DNA of 64,000 nucleotides from an uncultured Gemmatimonadales bacterium (lineage in GTDB: Bacteria; Gemmatimonadota; Gemmatimonadetes; Longimicrobiales; RSA9): NCBI GenBank assembly GCA_963741945.1, contig CAVUKA010000002.1, forward strand, positions 64,001 to 128,000, read 5' to 3'. Below are positions 38,652 through 47,540 of this stretch, one piece after another. The position numbers and the translations under genes are program-made. The notes beneath the pieces were generated by a model. The model was not told the DNA's origin. It saw only the letters and a program-made list of their open reading frames with translations, and did not search any database. Position 1 is the stretch's first letter. Every line of letters starts with the position of its first letter.

Positions 38652-40016
38652 TCAGGCGTCGAGTACTTCGCGCAGGCGCCGAACCAGCTGGTCGGGCGTG
38701 AACGGCTTGGCCAGGTAGGGCAGCTCGAAATCGAAGTCGCTGCGCGCGTATCCGGAAATCAGGAGCACGCGCAGCCCGGGCGCGACGGAGCGCGCGGCCT
38801 CGATGAGCTGCACCCCGGTCATTTCGGGCATGATCGCATCGGTCAGGAGAAGGTCGAACGGTCCCTCCCGCCGCAACAGCTCCAGCGCTTCCCGGCCGTT
38901 GCAGGCGCCGTGAGCCCGGTACCCCCGGCGGTCCAGCACGCGGGTGACCAGCGTGCGGACCGCGTCGTCGTCTTCCGCCACCAGCACCGTCTCGGAGCCG
39001 GACATGGTTCGCGCCGGCTGCGTCTCCTCCCCCTGCGCCGGCGCGGGCGCGGGCTCACGGGACTGCGGCAGGTAGACGTGGAACGTGGAGCCGACGCCCG
39101 GCTCGCTCTCCACGCTGACATGACCGGCCACCTGCTTGACGATGGCGTACACCGTGGCCAGCCCCAATCCAGTCCCGACCCCTCTCGGCTTGGTCGTGAA
39201 GAACGGCTCGAAGATCCGCGCCTGCATCTCCGCATCCATCCCGACGCCCGTGTCGCTGACGTCCACGCGCACGTACTCACCGGGGCGGAAGGGGAACGGG
39301 AACGCACGGGCCGCCTCCTCGTCCACCCGCTCCGCGGTCGTGTGGATCCGGAGCCGCCCACCCTCCGGCATCGCGTCGCGTGCGTTGATCGCGAGGTTCA
39401 TCAGCACCTGGTCGAGACGGCCCGGGTCCGCGCGCACCGCCGGCAGCGCCGGCGAAAGATCGGTCACCACCTGGATCCGCTCCCCGATCAGCCGCTTGAG
39501 CAGCGACGTCATGCGCGCGATCAGCGCATTCACCTCCACGCGCTCCGGTCTGGCTTCCTCGCCCTGGCGGAACGCCAGCAGCTGGCGCGTGAGATCCGAC
39601 GCCCGCTCCGCGGACTCCGCCGCCTCCCGTACCTCTTCCGGCACATCGCCCGGCTCGAAGCGCGCGCTGTAGCTGGCCAGGTTCCCGGAGATCGCCGTCA
39701 GCAGGTTGTTGAAGTCGTGGGCGATTCCCGCCGTGAGCTGACCGACCGCCTCGAACTTCGACAGGACGGAGAGCCGCTGCTCCAGCCGCGCCCTGTCGTC
39801 CAGCGTCATCTCCCGCTCCCGCGCCCAGCGCGCGGCGAACGCGTAGAGCAGCACGGCGCCCACGGCCACGAACAGGAGCCCCTTGACCAGCTGGATGGCC
39901 GGGTGGACGGCGCCACTCCTTTCCCACAGCCAGTCCGTCCCCAGCACCCACACCCCACCGGCCAGGAAATAGGCGAGAGCAATGCGCCGCGCCGTTCCGA
40001 ACGTGAGCCGGCTCAT
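38652..40016 (-). CDS. Hybrid histidine kinase-receiver (CckA-like)
   Basis: 2 TM; AHDFNNLL, NLAINARDAM, EPFFTTK, GTGLGL; C-terminal REC domain. Confidence 0.92.
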   Translation of the reverse strand: MSRLTFGTARRIALAYFLAGGVWVLGTDWLWERSGAVHPAIQLVKGLLFVAVGAVLLYAFAARWAREREMTLDDRARLEQRLSVLSKFEAVGQLTAGIAHDFNNLLTAISGNLASYSARFEPGDVPEEVREAAESAERASDLTRQLLAFRQGEEARPERVEVNALIARMTSLLKRLIGERIQVVTDLSPALPAVRADPGRLDQVLMNLAINARDAMPEGGRLRIHTTAERVDEEAARAFPFPFRPGEYVRVDVSDTGVGMDAEMQARIFEPFFTTKPRGVGTGLGLATVYAIVKQVAGHVSVESEPGVGSTFHVYLPQSREPAPAPAQGEETQPARTMSGSETVLVAEDDDAVRTLVTRVLDRRGYRAHGACNGREALELLRREGPFDLLLTDAIMPEMTGVQLIEAARSVAPGLRVLLISGYARSDFDFELPYLAKPFTPDQLVRRLREVLDA

Positions 40017-40543
40017 CGGCGCGACCCGCTCCCCACACGCCTCGAGGAGTCCCCGCCGACCGCGCCGCGGGACACGGGATCCGCCTGCTCCGCCCGAAGC
40101 ACCCGACCCACGTCCCGACGACTCCCCGTGTTCAGCTTGGACAGCACGCGCTCGGTATGCCGCCACGCCGTCTTGTCGGCGATTTCGAGCGTTCGCGCGA
40201 TCTCCTTGTTCGATCGCCGCGACGCCAGGAGCAGCGCCACTTCCGCCTCCCTGGGTGTCAGGCCGAAGCGACGCCGCAGCTCCAGCGGGCTGGGCGCCCG
40301 TGGGCGCGGCGGCGTCACCACCACCACCACGGTGGTCGAGCCGCCGCCCACCTCCTCCGAAACGCCGGTGTAGACGTCCAGCTCCACCTCCGACGACCCC
40401 ACGCGCAGAGCACGGCGCACGTACCCGGCTGGCGCCGCCGTCGATTTCACGACGGCCTCGGCCACGGAGCGCACCTCGGCCCAGAGATGTCGTTCCTGGA
40501 CCGGGTCATCGTGAATGGTTACTGTGCTTCGTTCCGCATACAT
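40013..40543 (-). CDS. LuxR-type HTH regulator without REC domain
   Basis: LTPREAEVA...SNKEIA..L.I...T...H; ATGA overlap with the kinase. Confidence 0.85.
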   Translation of the reverse strand: MYAERSTVTIHDDPVQERHLWAEVRSVAEAVVKSTAAPAGYVRRALRVGSSEVELDVYTGVSEEVGGGSTTVVVVVTPPRPRAPSPLELRRRFGLTPREAEVALLLASRRSNKEIARTLEIADKTAWRHTERVLSKLNTGSRRDVGRVLRAEQADPVSRGAVGGDSSRRVGSGSRR

Positions 40544-40706
40544 GTGTTCGCAGGGATGTGCCTGTTCATTTTTCGATTGCAGGGCTGCGTGGCGATCGTC
40601 GCTCGCGCCCCCGCAGATGGCCGCGTGGACATATACTCCGGGTGCGTGAGCGGGCCGTGACCCGCGGGATCACGCCCCGGGAAACCGCCCTCCGCCAAAC
40701 GAGACC

Positions 40707-43109
40707 ATGGTCCGGCTGACGATCCTCGGAGACGTTGATCTGCGCGCGGACGACGGCGTGGCCGTCGGCTCCGTGCTGACTCAGCCGCGCCGGTTCGCGC
40801 TCCTCGTCTACCTCGCCCTCGAGTCTGGCGCGGGCGGGATCCAACGCGACCGCCTGCTCGGCGTCTTCTGGCCGGAGACCACGCAGGACCGCGCGCGGCA
40901 GTCGCTCCGCAGCGCGCTCCATTTCCTTCGCCGCTCCCTCGGACCGGACGCCATCGTCACCCGCGGCGACCTCCTCCTTCTCGATCCCGCGCACGTCTGG
41001 TGTGATGCGGTGGAGTTCGGCACCGCTCTCGACGGCGGCCGCGCGGACCACGCGCTCCGGCTCTACGGCGGAGACCTCCTGCCCGGGTTCTTCCTCGACG
41101 AGGGGCCGGTGGAGTTCGAGCGCTGGCTCGAAGAGAGCCGGACCGGGTTCCGCCGGCAGGCCGCCAGCGCCGCCTGGGATCTCGCGCTCGCCGCCGAGCA
41201 GGCGCAGCGACTCCCCGCGGCCGGCGCCTGGGCCCGCAGGGCGGCCGAGCTGTGGGAGCACGACGAGGCCGCCACGCGCCGCGCCATGGACCTGCTCGCC
41301 CGCATCGGGGATCGCGCGGGCGCCCTCGCCGCCTATGATGACCTGGCCCGCCGACTCCGCGATGAGTTCGACAGTGAGCCGAGCCCGGACACGCAGACCA
41401 CGGTCGCGCGCATCCGTGAGGCCGGACCGGCACCGGCGACGGAGCCCTCGCCGGCTCCTCGTCGCACGCACGCTCCGGAGCCATCACCGGCCCCGCCCAC
41501 CCCATCGCGCTGGGCTCGCCGCATCCGACCGCTCACCTCGGGGGCGGTGACGCTGATCCTGATGGCGGCGTTCTTTTCCCTCTGGGGCGTGACCCGGGCG
41601 AACTCCGGACCGGGGCCCGCGACCCCGACGATCCGGCCCGTGGTCGCGATCGAGCCGCTCCGGGACTTCTCCGCAGACGGCAAGGGCGCCGACCTGGCTG
41701 GCGCGCTCACGCTGGAGCTGGTCTCCACTCTGGGCGCCACGCCGGGGTTGACCGTGGTTCCCATCACGGGCCCCGCCTCCGCGGCCGACCCGGACGCCGC
41801 CCGGCGACCGGGATTCATTGTTCGGGCCGGACTGCTGCGCACGGATTCCGCGGTCCGGGTCACCGCGATCCTGCTGGACGGCGAGTCCGGCGCGACGCTC
41901 GGGCGTTTCACCGCCGAGCACCCCCTCGCGGAGAACGCGGTCGTGACGGTCGAGCAGCTGGTGGCGTCCCTCGAGCCGGAAGTGCGGCGCAAGGTTGGTC
42001 GGGCGATGGCCGATTACGGGCGACGCGCGGAAACGCGCAACCTCCGCGCGCTGGGGCTGGTCCGGGACGGCATCCACGACTACACCACCGCCGATTCACT
42101 CCGGAAAGCCGGCTCTCTGGAGACGGCCGCCATGATGTTCGAGGCGGCGGACTCCCAGCTCGTTCTCGCCCAGGCCGAAGCGCCCCGGTGGCCGGAGCCC
42201 TCCGTCCGTCTCGCCGAGTCCGCCCTCGCCCACCTCTGGCTCTTCCTCTTCCAGCCGCAGCGCGACACTGCCGCCGTCGCCGGCACACTGCGCCGCGGAG
42301 CGGCCGCCGCCGAGCACGCGCTCCGCGTCGCCGGCGACGATGCCGCCGCGCTCGAGCTGCGCGGTCGACTCCGCTACTGGACCTGGCTGACCCGATCGAG
42401 CGGCTCGCCAAGCGGCGACCGGACGGCGCTTGCCGGCGCGGAGGCCGACCTCCGGCGGGCCACCGCCCTCGACCCCGGCCGCCCGTTCGCCTGGGCCGTC
42501 CTCAGCTCGATCCTGGAGGCCCGCGCCGATTTCGCGGGCGCCAACATGGCCGCGCTGCGGGCGTATGACGCGGACCCGTACCTGGCTGCCGGGAACGACA
42601 TTCTCGTCCGCCTGTTCACCACCGCGGTGGAGCTCGGCGATGCCGCGGCCGCGGACCGCTGGTGCCAGGAGATCCAGCAGCGGATGGGCGGTGCGTGGCT
42701 GTCCGCATACTGCCAGCTGGAACAGATGGCGTGGACCGGGCTCGGGGGCGTCACGCCCGACTCCGCACTCCACGTTGTGGACCGCGCCACCCGCGGCGAT
42801 CCGGCCGCGGCCGTGGTCCGGCCCAGGCTGCAGCTCCTGGCCGCCGTGGCCATGGCGCGCTCGAAGTTCGACCAGGATGCCAGGCGCACCGTGGCGGCCG
42901 CAGATCCAGACGCGGCGGGAGACCCGGAAACGCAGCAGCTGGAAGCGTGGGCGTGGCTCGTCCTGGGAGAGAAGCAGCGGGCGCTGGACCTTCTGGCGCA
43001 GGTCGCGCGCGCGAATGTCCACGCCCGCGAAGCGCTGCTCCGGAGCCGCCGCTTCGATTCGCTGCGCGACGACGCCGGCTTCCCCGCGATCAGCCTTCCC
43101 CGGGACTGA
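40707..43109 (+). CDS. SARP/BTAD transcriptional activator with TM, TolB-like and TPR domains
   Basis: LLVYLA, RDRLLGVFWPE, LYGGDLLPG, EPSPDT; TM segment; VAIEPL; Ala-rich helical repeats. Confidence 0.85.
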   Translation: MVRLTILGDVDLRADDGVAVGSVLTQPRRFALLVYLALESGAGGIQRDRLLGVFWPETTQDRARQSLRSALHFLRRSLGPDAIVTRGDLLLLDPAHVWCDAVEFGTALDGGRADHALRLYGGDLLPGFFLDEGPVEFERWLEESRTGFRRQAASAAWDLALAAEQAQRLPAAGAWARRAAELWEHDEAATRRAMDLLARIGDRAGALAAYDDLARRLRDEFDSEPSPDTQTTVARIREAGPAPATEPSPAPRRTHAPEPSPAPPTPSRWARRIRPLTSGAVTLILMAAFFSLWGVTRANSGPGPATPTIRPVVAIEPLRDFSADGKGADLAGALTLELVSTLGATPGLTVVPITGPASAADPDAARRPGFIVRAGLLRTDSAVRVTAILLDGESGATLGRFTAEHPLAENAVVTVEQLVASLEPEVRRKVGRAMADYGRRAETRNLRALGLVRDGIHDYTTADSLRKAGSLETAAMMFEAADSQLVLAQAEAPRWPEPSVRLAESALAHLWLFLFQPQRDTAAVAGTLRRGAAAAEHALRVAGDDAAALELRGRLRYWTWLTRSSGSPSGDRTALAGAEADLRRATALDPGRPFAWAVLSSILEARADFAGANMAALRAYDADPYLAAGNDILVRLFTTAVELGDAAAADRWCQEIQQRMGGAWLSAYCQLEQMAWTGLGGVTPDSALHVVDRATRGDPAAAVVRPRLQLLAAVAMARSKFDQDARRTVAAADPDAAGDPETQQLEAWAWLVLGEKQRALDLLAQVARANVHAREALLRSRRFDSLRDDAGFPAISLPRD

Positions 43110-43148
43110 TCGGCCGGGCAGACCGGCTCCGCCGCCGGCCGCGGCCGA

Positions 43149-43325
43149 TCAGAGGTCGGGGGAGCAGTGGATCACACCTTCGATCCACACGCACTCGCCG
43201 CCCTGATCCTGCGTGGATTCCCCCACACCCAGTACGGCGCCATCGCCGCACCCGGAGAATGCGCCGAGCAGCAGCAGCAGAATCGCCCCGGTCAACCCGA
43301 GCCGTACGTTCGAGCGAGTCACCAT
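43149..43325 (-). CDS. Unannotated 58-aa lipoprotein with Cys-x8-Cys tail
   Basis: Hand translation MVTRSNVRLGLTGAILLLLLGAFSGCGDGAVLGVGESTQDQGGECVWIEGVIHCSPDL; GGAGG RBS; lipobox FSGC. Confidence 0.75.
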   Translation of the reverse strand: MVTRSNVRLGLTGAILLLLLGAFSGCGDGAVLGVGESTQDQGGECVWIEGVIHCSPDL

Positions 43326-43575
43326 CCGTCCCTCCCATGTCAGTGGCGTTCACCTGCATGGAAGGTCATCCCGGACGCCCGCGCGCGCATGGGGAATTTT
43401 CCCCTATGTCGTTAACACGCTACTAATTAGGGGGGTGTGGACTTGCGTGTGGACGCAGAGACTCAAAAACAAGCGTTTAGGCTGAAGATCCGGACGTGCG
43501 TATACCCCGCTGGAGTGGTGGTCCCGAGGCCCCGCCCCCGTTTCGCGACTCGGTAGCCACTCGACGGTCCCCTCC

Positions 43576-43605
43576 TTGACGCAGGTATCGGTAAAACGCT
43601 ATAGT
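43576..43605 (+). promoter_or_regulatory. Sigma70-type promoter for the cargo operon, probably leaderless
   Basis: TTGACG-N18-TATAGT; ATG only 6 nt downstream; no SD sequence. Confidence 0.7.
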
Positions 43606-43611
43606 TGATCC

Positions 43612-44211
43612 ATGACCAGAGACGAGTTGTTGGAAGCGCTCAGGCGCTTGGGCGAACTGGTTCCCCCGAAGGCGCAGATCGTTATCGCCGGGGGCGCCGC
43701 ACTCATTCTCGGCGACTACGTTGACCGAGCCACCGGCGACGGCGACGTAGTGTACGCCAATCCGCCGCTGGCTCATCTCCGGTCGGCGATTCTGCAGGTT
43801 GCGCAGGAGAGGGGGCTTTCCCCCCGCTGGCTGAACGACGGTGTCAAGGCGTTCGGTGACGTCCTGCCCGATGACTTCGACCAACGCACGGACAGAATGG
43901 GCACCTTCGGCAACCTGCGGGTCCTGTTGCTCGGGCGGATGGACTTGATCCTGAGCAAGTTCTACGGGGGACGCGAGGTCGATCTGGAGGACTTGGCCGC
44001 ACTGCACCCGACTGACGAAGAGATCAAGTTCGTCCTCGCCCAACTCGATCGCATCGCGCGATTCCGGCCAGACAAGGCGCTCCGAATGCAACTCTACCTC
44101 GAGCAGGGCGCGGGGAGAGGGGAGCAGGAGGATGAGGCGCCCGTCGTCGATGACGAGGAGGAGCCAGAAGGCCCTTCTCTCGGGGGCGGGAACACCCGAG
44201 GTGGTCCATGA
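43612..44211 (+). CDS. DUF6036/AbiEii-like nucleotidyltransferase
   Basis: IAGGAAL...RATGDGD (GG..DxD), WLND, SK...REVDLEDL. Confidence 0.8.
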   Translation: MTRDELLEALRRLGELVPPKAQIVIAGGAALILGDYVDRATGDGDVVYANPPLAHLRSAILQVAQERGLSPRWLNDGVKAFGDVLPDDFDQRTDRMGTFGNLRVLLLGRMDLILSKFYGGREVDLEDLAALHPTDEEIKFVLAQLDRIARFRPDKALRMQLYLEQGAGRGEQEDEAPVVDDEEEPEGPSLGGGNTRGGP

Positions 44212-44975
44212 CACACGATCAAGAGCGAGATCGACTCGCGGCGGAGTGGGCGCGCGCCGGCGGAGGCTTCATGGTCGAACCGGCGACCTACGCTATCGAC
44301 CTGGAGCAGCTCGTCGGGCGGACAGCGGTAGCCGCACCCAGGGACTACAGAGCACTTGCGGTTGCCACCACCTGGATCGCGCAGCACTCGCAGCTCGTGA
44401 ATGTGCGACGGCTCGGGAAGGTGGCGAACGAACTTGAGGAAACCCCTGCGGCCATTCTCGGCGCGATGATCGAGATCGCTTACGAGACCAACTCGGCGGT
44501 CGACCGGCTGAAGCCCGCCCAACGCCACTGCCGGCCACTACGAGAACCTCGGGCTCTATTCGACCGTACCCAGGCGAATCCAGTCCTCCGGCGCTTCGCG
44601 AAGGAGGGCGCCCTGCCGGCGTTCAAGTCATGGGGGCTGTGGCAGGACGAGCTGACGCTCAAGTTCGACGCACTACGTCCAGTCAGCTGGATCCTGGAGC
44701 ACTGCCCTGAGCTTCGGCTGCGCGCACTCTATGGCCCTGGTCTCGAGGCGGAGGTCATGCAGGTGCTCGACCGAGGGCCTGCAACGATTGCTGCCATAGC
44801 TCGAGAAGTCGACGCGAGCTACTCGGCTACTCACGCCGCCGTAGTCCGGTTGGAGGGTCGCGGTAGCGTTGTATCCCATGATGGCCAAGGCGTTGAGCTC
44901 AGCCCGCCAGTTCGGAGTTGGATCGACAGGTATCCGGCTGTAGCCAGGAAGCACCGAGCGCGGCTGGCGTCGTAA
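44208..44975 (+). CDS. Hypothetical protein with C-terminal winged HTH (putative antitoxin/regulator)
   Basis: ATGA coupling; TIAAIAREVDASYSATHAAVVRLEGRG wHTH-like segment. Confidence 0.7.
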   Translation: MTHDQERDRLAAEWARAGGGFMVEPATYAIDLEQLVGRTAVAAPRDYRALAVATTWIAQHSQLVNVRRLGKVANELEETPAAILGAMIEIAYETNSAVDRLKPAQRHCRPLREPRALFDRTQANPVLRRFAKEGALPAFKSWGLWQDELTLKFDALRPVSWILEHCPELRLRALYGPGLEAEVMQVLDRGPATIAAIAREVDASYSATHAAVVRLEGRGSVVSHDGQGVELSPPVRSWIDRYPAVARKHRARLAS

Positions 44976-44988
44976 CGGCTGACCTCGG

Positions 44989-46287
44989 TCAACCCTCCGG
45001 AGCCCGCTGCCGTGCTCCACGCAGTCCGGGATATAGCTCGGGCCTGTCGACCAAGCGGCGTGGCGGCGGAGTGCCCTGGTAGCCGAGGTGCTGATCGTGA
45101 AGCACGTGCGCCCACTGGTGCGCCTCGGCGAGCCCGATCTGCGCCAACTGGAAGAGCACGAGGAGGTGCCTTAGCCGGTCGGGGTTCCGTAACGCGAACC
45201 GCCGGTCGAAGAGCGAGTTTTTCACCACCCGGAGCGGCTGCTCCAGCCCGCCTGTGCTCCACGGTGCGTGCTCATTATCGAGGTTGAACTCCACCTCGGG
45301 CGCGATTGCTTCCGCCCACCGGCGAAGCGCCTCAAGCTGGTTCCGCTCCTTTCGGCTCAGCGACTCGACGTGCCCGTCGTCCTCGAGCGTTTCGAGGTTC
45401 AGCCGGAACCAGCCCCAACTCGATTCGCTGGTGAACGTCGTCTCCTTGATGGGCCGCCCGAAGGGGGTTTCGCGGAGCCCGGCCCGACGGACGTGTTCCT
45501 GCGCTTGCATGGTGAGGTGTGCCGTGCACCTGAACACCGGCATCCCGGGCCAGTGCGCGTTGATCGCACCGACGATGGCAGGGTCACCGTCGCAGACGAC
45601 GTAGAGGGGCTGCCCTGGAAGTTGGCGGAAGAAATCAACCCAGGAGGCAACGTCGACCCTCTTGTACGCTCCGTAGCGCCAGACTCGCGGTCTCCGCCAC
45701 TCTGCGTGTGCGTCATCGACCGTACCGTCGCCGTAGGAAAGAGCGCCCAGAACGGAGAACAGGTGACGACCGGACGGCTTCGGGCGGCCATCTGCGTACC
45801 TGGCGCGCCCGTGAAACGGGGCGGAGTCCAGAACCAACACCTCTGGCCACTGCGCGTACTTCGGGTAGTCGTGCAGGAGCTGGGCTTGGAGGATGGGTGC
45901 GTACATGCTCACCCAGTCCCCGGCGATCCGGCCGTCTGCAGAGATCTCGCCGCCTCGTTGGAGCGCTCGTCGGCGAGCGCGACGCGACGCCTGGCGGTAC
46001 GTCGTCCCGTACGCCATCTGGACCAGCGCCTCGGCCTTCTCCCTCAGCGAGAATCGGTCTGTGCGCGCACACGGAAGCCCATCCCCGGGAGTCCAGTTCC
46101 GTTCGCACTCCATGCAGCCGTCCCCGACCGCCTTCCGTGGCAGTGGAGTCGGCTGGAAGAGGTGCGAGTCCCTGCGCCCCCCGCCCGGTGGCACACACCG
46201 CCAACGCTGGTACTGGCCGTTCTTGCCGTACCGTCCGTCACGCCAGACACGACCGTTCGGGTGCTGTGGGCACAGGGGTGTGCGCAT
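44989..46287 (-). CDS. DDE transposase with N-terminal zinc ribbon and CxxH motif
   Basis: CPQH...GQYQRWRC, CMEC, VLVLD, VVCDG, RCTAH, STGGLE-x6-K; GAGGA RBS; lies inside the TIRs. Confidence 0.85.
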   Translation of the reverse strand: MRTPLCPQHPNGRVWRDGRYGKNGQYQRWRCVPPGGGRRDSHLFQPTPLPRKAVGDGCMECERNWTPGDGLPCARTDRFSLREKAEALVQMAYGTTYRQASRRARRRALQRGGEISADGRIAGDWVSMYAPILQAQLLHDYPKYAQWPEVLVLDSAPFHGRARYADGRPKPSGRHLFSVLGALSYGDGTVDDAHAEWRRPRVWRYGAYKRVDVASWVDFFRQLPGQPLYVVCDGDPAIVGAINAHWPGMPVFRCTAHLTMQAQEHVRRAGLRETPFGRPIKETTFTSESSWGWFRLNLETLEDDGHVESLSRKERNQLEALRRWAEAIAPEVEFNLDNEHAPWSTGGLEQPLRVVKNSLFDRRFALRNPDRLRHLLVLFQLAQIGLAEAHQWAHVLHDQHLGYQGTPPPRRLVDRPELYPGLRGARQRAPEG

Positions 46288-46416
46288 ATATGCATTCCTC
46301 GCCTATGCGTGGGGCAAGAAATGCCAATTTCCTCACACAACCGTCCACACGCAAGTCCACACCCCCCTAATTAGCGGCACGCATCGCGTCCGTCTCAGCG
46401 CGCCGGAGCCCCGCGG

Positions 46417-46566
46417 TCAGAGAAATCTGCGGATGATCCAGACCACCAGCAGGATCACCCCGATGATCAGGGCCAGGTTGATCAGGAATCCCGCCACCTT
46501 GAAGAGGACGACGGCGACGAGCCAGAGCACGAGCAGGACCACGCCGATCCACAGCAGAGAGCTCAT
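46417..46566 (-). CDS. Small lmo0937/DUF5670-like membrane protein (49 aa)
   Basis: MSSLLWIGVVLLVLWLV...GFLINLAL; GGAAGG RBS. Confidence 0.75.
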   Translation of the reverse strand: MSSLLWIGVVLLVLWLVAVVLFKVAGFLINLALIIGVILLVVWIIRRFL

Positions 46567-46641
46567 TGCGCACCTTCCAGTCTCATAGGTTTCCGCCCGC
46601 CTGGTGACGGGCATCCGTACGCGCGCTGCCGCGCGCGTGTG

Positions 46642-47105
46642 TCAGTTCGGTTCCCGGTCGGCATCCACTACCGCATTGGCGACGGCGCCGCATCCGCCGG
46701 GGCGTGCCGCGCGATTGCGGCGGCCATTCTCACGGACCAGGTCGGCGGACGTCGTATGCTGCCAGCCATGACCCTTGCTCGGTCGCCCGTACCGGAACAC
46801 GCCCGGTAGATGCGGGTCCGTGGTCGTCGCCAGGAACCGCTCCAGGTCCATCACCGCCAGGTTGAGGTAGAAGTTGTCCATGTCGCCCACATCGATGTGG
46901 ATCTTGTCCACCAGCTTCGGCCCCACGGTGGCCCAACGACTGCGCCGCGGCAGCCCCGGCAAACGCCAGCGCGAGCGTCATCGCGAGCCCCGCATTGAGC
47001 GCGGCGGCGAGCCACCGGACCGGGCGCCCGAGCGCGCGGCCGCTCCGGCGCCGCCCCGGGTGGATCACCTGCGGCGAGCGCGCCCGTGGCGTGCGTGCCA
47101 CTCAT
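46642..47105 (-). pseudogene. Remnant of a secreted alpha/beta-hydrolase (esterase)
   Basis: Signal peptide (..AAAAQ) joined out of frame to C-terminal KIHIDVGDMDNFYLN..GHGW; a further frameshift at LVRE/MA. Confidence 0.65.
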
Positions 47106-47155
47106 GGTAGCGTCACCCGCCCCCGGGCGTCCATGCGCAATCCCGATCCCGGCTT

Positions 47156-47540
47156 CCCCGGGAACGGCATTCACGCGAAGACGCGGAGAACGCTGAGGGC
47201 ATCGAACGCGGGGAGACTGTGGCGGCCGGGCACCCTCCCGGGCGAGGCTTCCCCGGCCCAGCAGCCGTCCCGAGATACTCCACCCCGAAGCTGCCGGGCG
47301 CGGGATCGTTGCCTGCCCCGGGAACGGCATTCACGCGAAGACGCGGAGAACGCGGAGGGCATCGAACGCGGGGAGACTGTGGCGGCCGGGCACCCTCCCG
47401 GGCGAGGCTTCGAAGATGGGGATCACGGGCACCATCGATGCCGCTGGAAGCCGAGCCGTTGCCTGCCCCGACAGGCCCTCCGCGTTCTTCGCGTCTCCGC
47501 GTGAAACGTTGTTGCGGTTCTCCGCGTTCTTCGCGTCTCC
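47156..47540. repeat. REP/BIME-like repeat cluster
   Basis: 96-bp direct repeat (47156-47251, 47316-47411; one mismatch) with core TTCACGCGAAGACGCGGAGAACGC, plus inverted core copies near 47476-47505 and 47518-47540. Confidence 0.85.

Larger units (their letters stand above)
43431..46366. mobile_element. Cargo-carrying IS (IS256/Mutator-like DDE), 2936 bp
   Basis: Perfect 25-bp TIR GGGGGTGTGGACTTGCGTGTGGACG (43431-43455, 46342-46366); CTAATTAG at 43423-43430 and 46367-46374; visibly more AT-rich than flanks. Confidence 0.92.

Noticed and set aside
44989-46287. RNA-guided (TnpB/IscB) or IS110-type enzyme
   Set aside because: Motifs, TIRs and the flanking duplication fit a DDE transposase; no RuvC or DEDD pattern seen
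47156-47411. Possible CRISPR array
   Set aside because: Only two 96-bp units plus inverted copies; no repeat-spacer series and no cas genes
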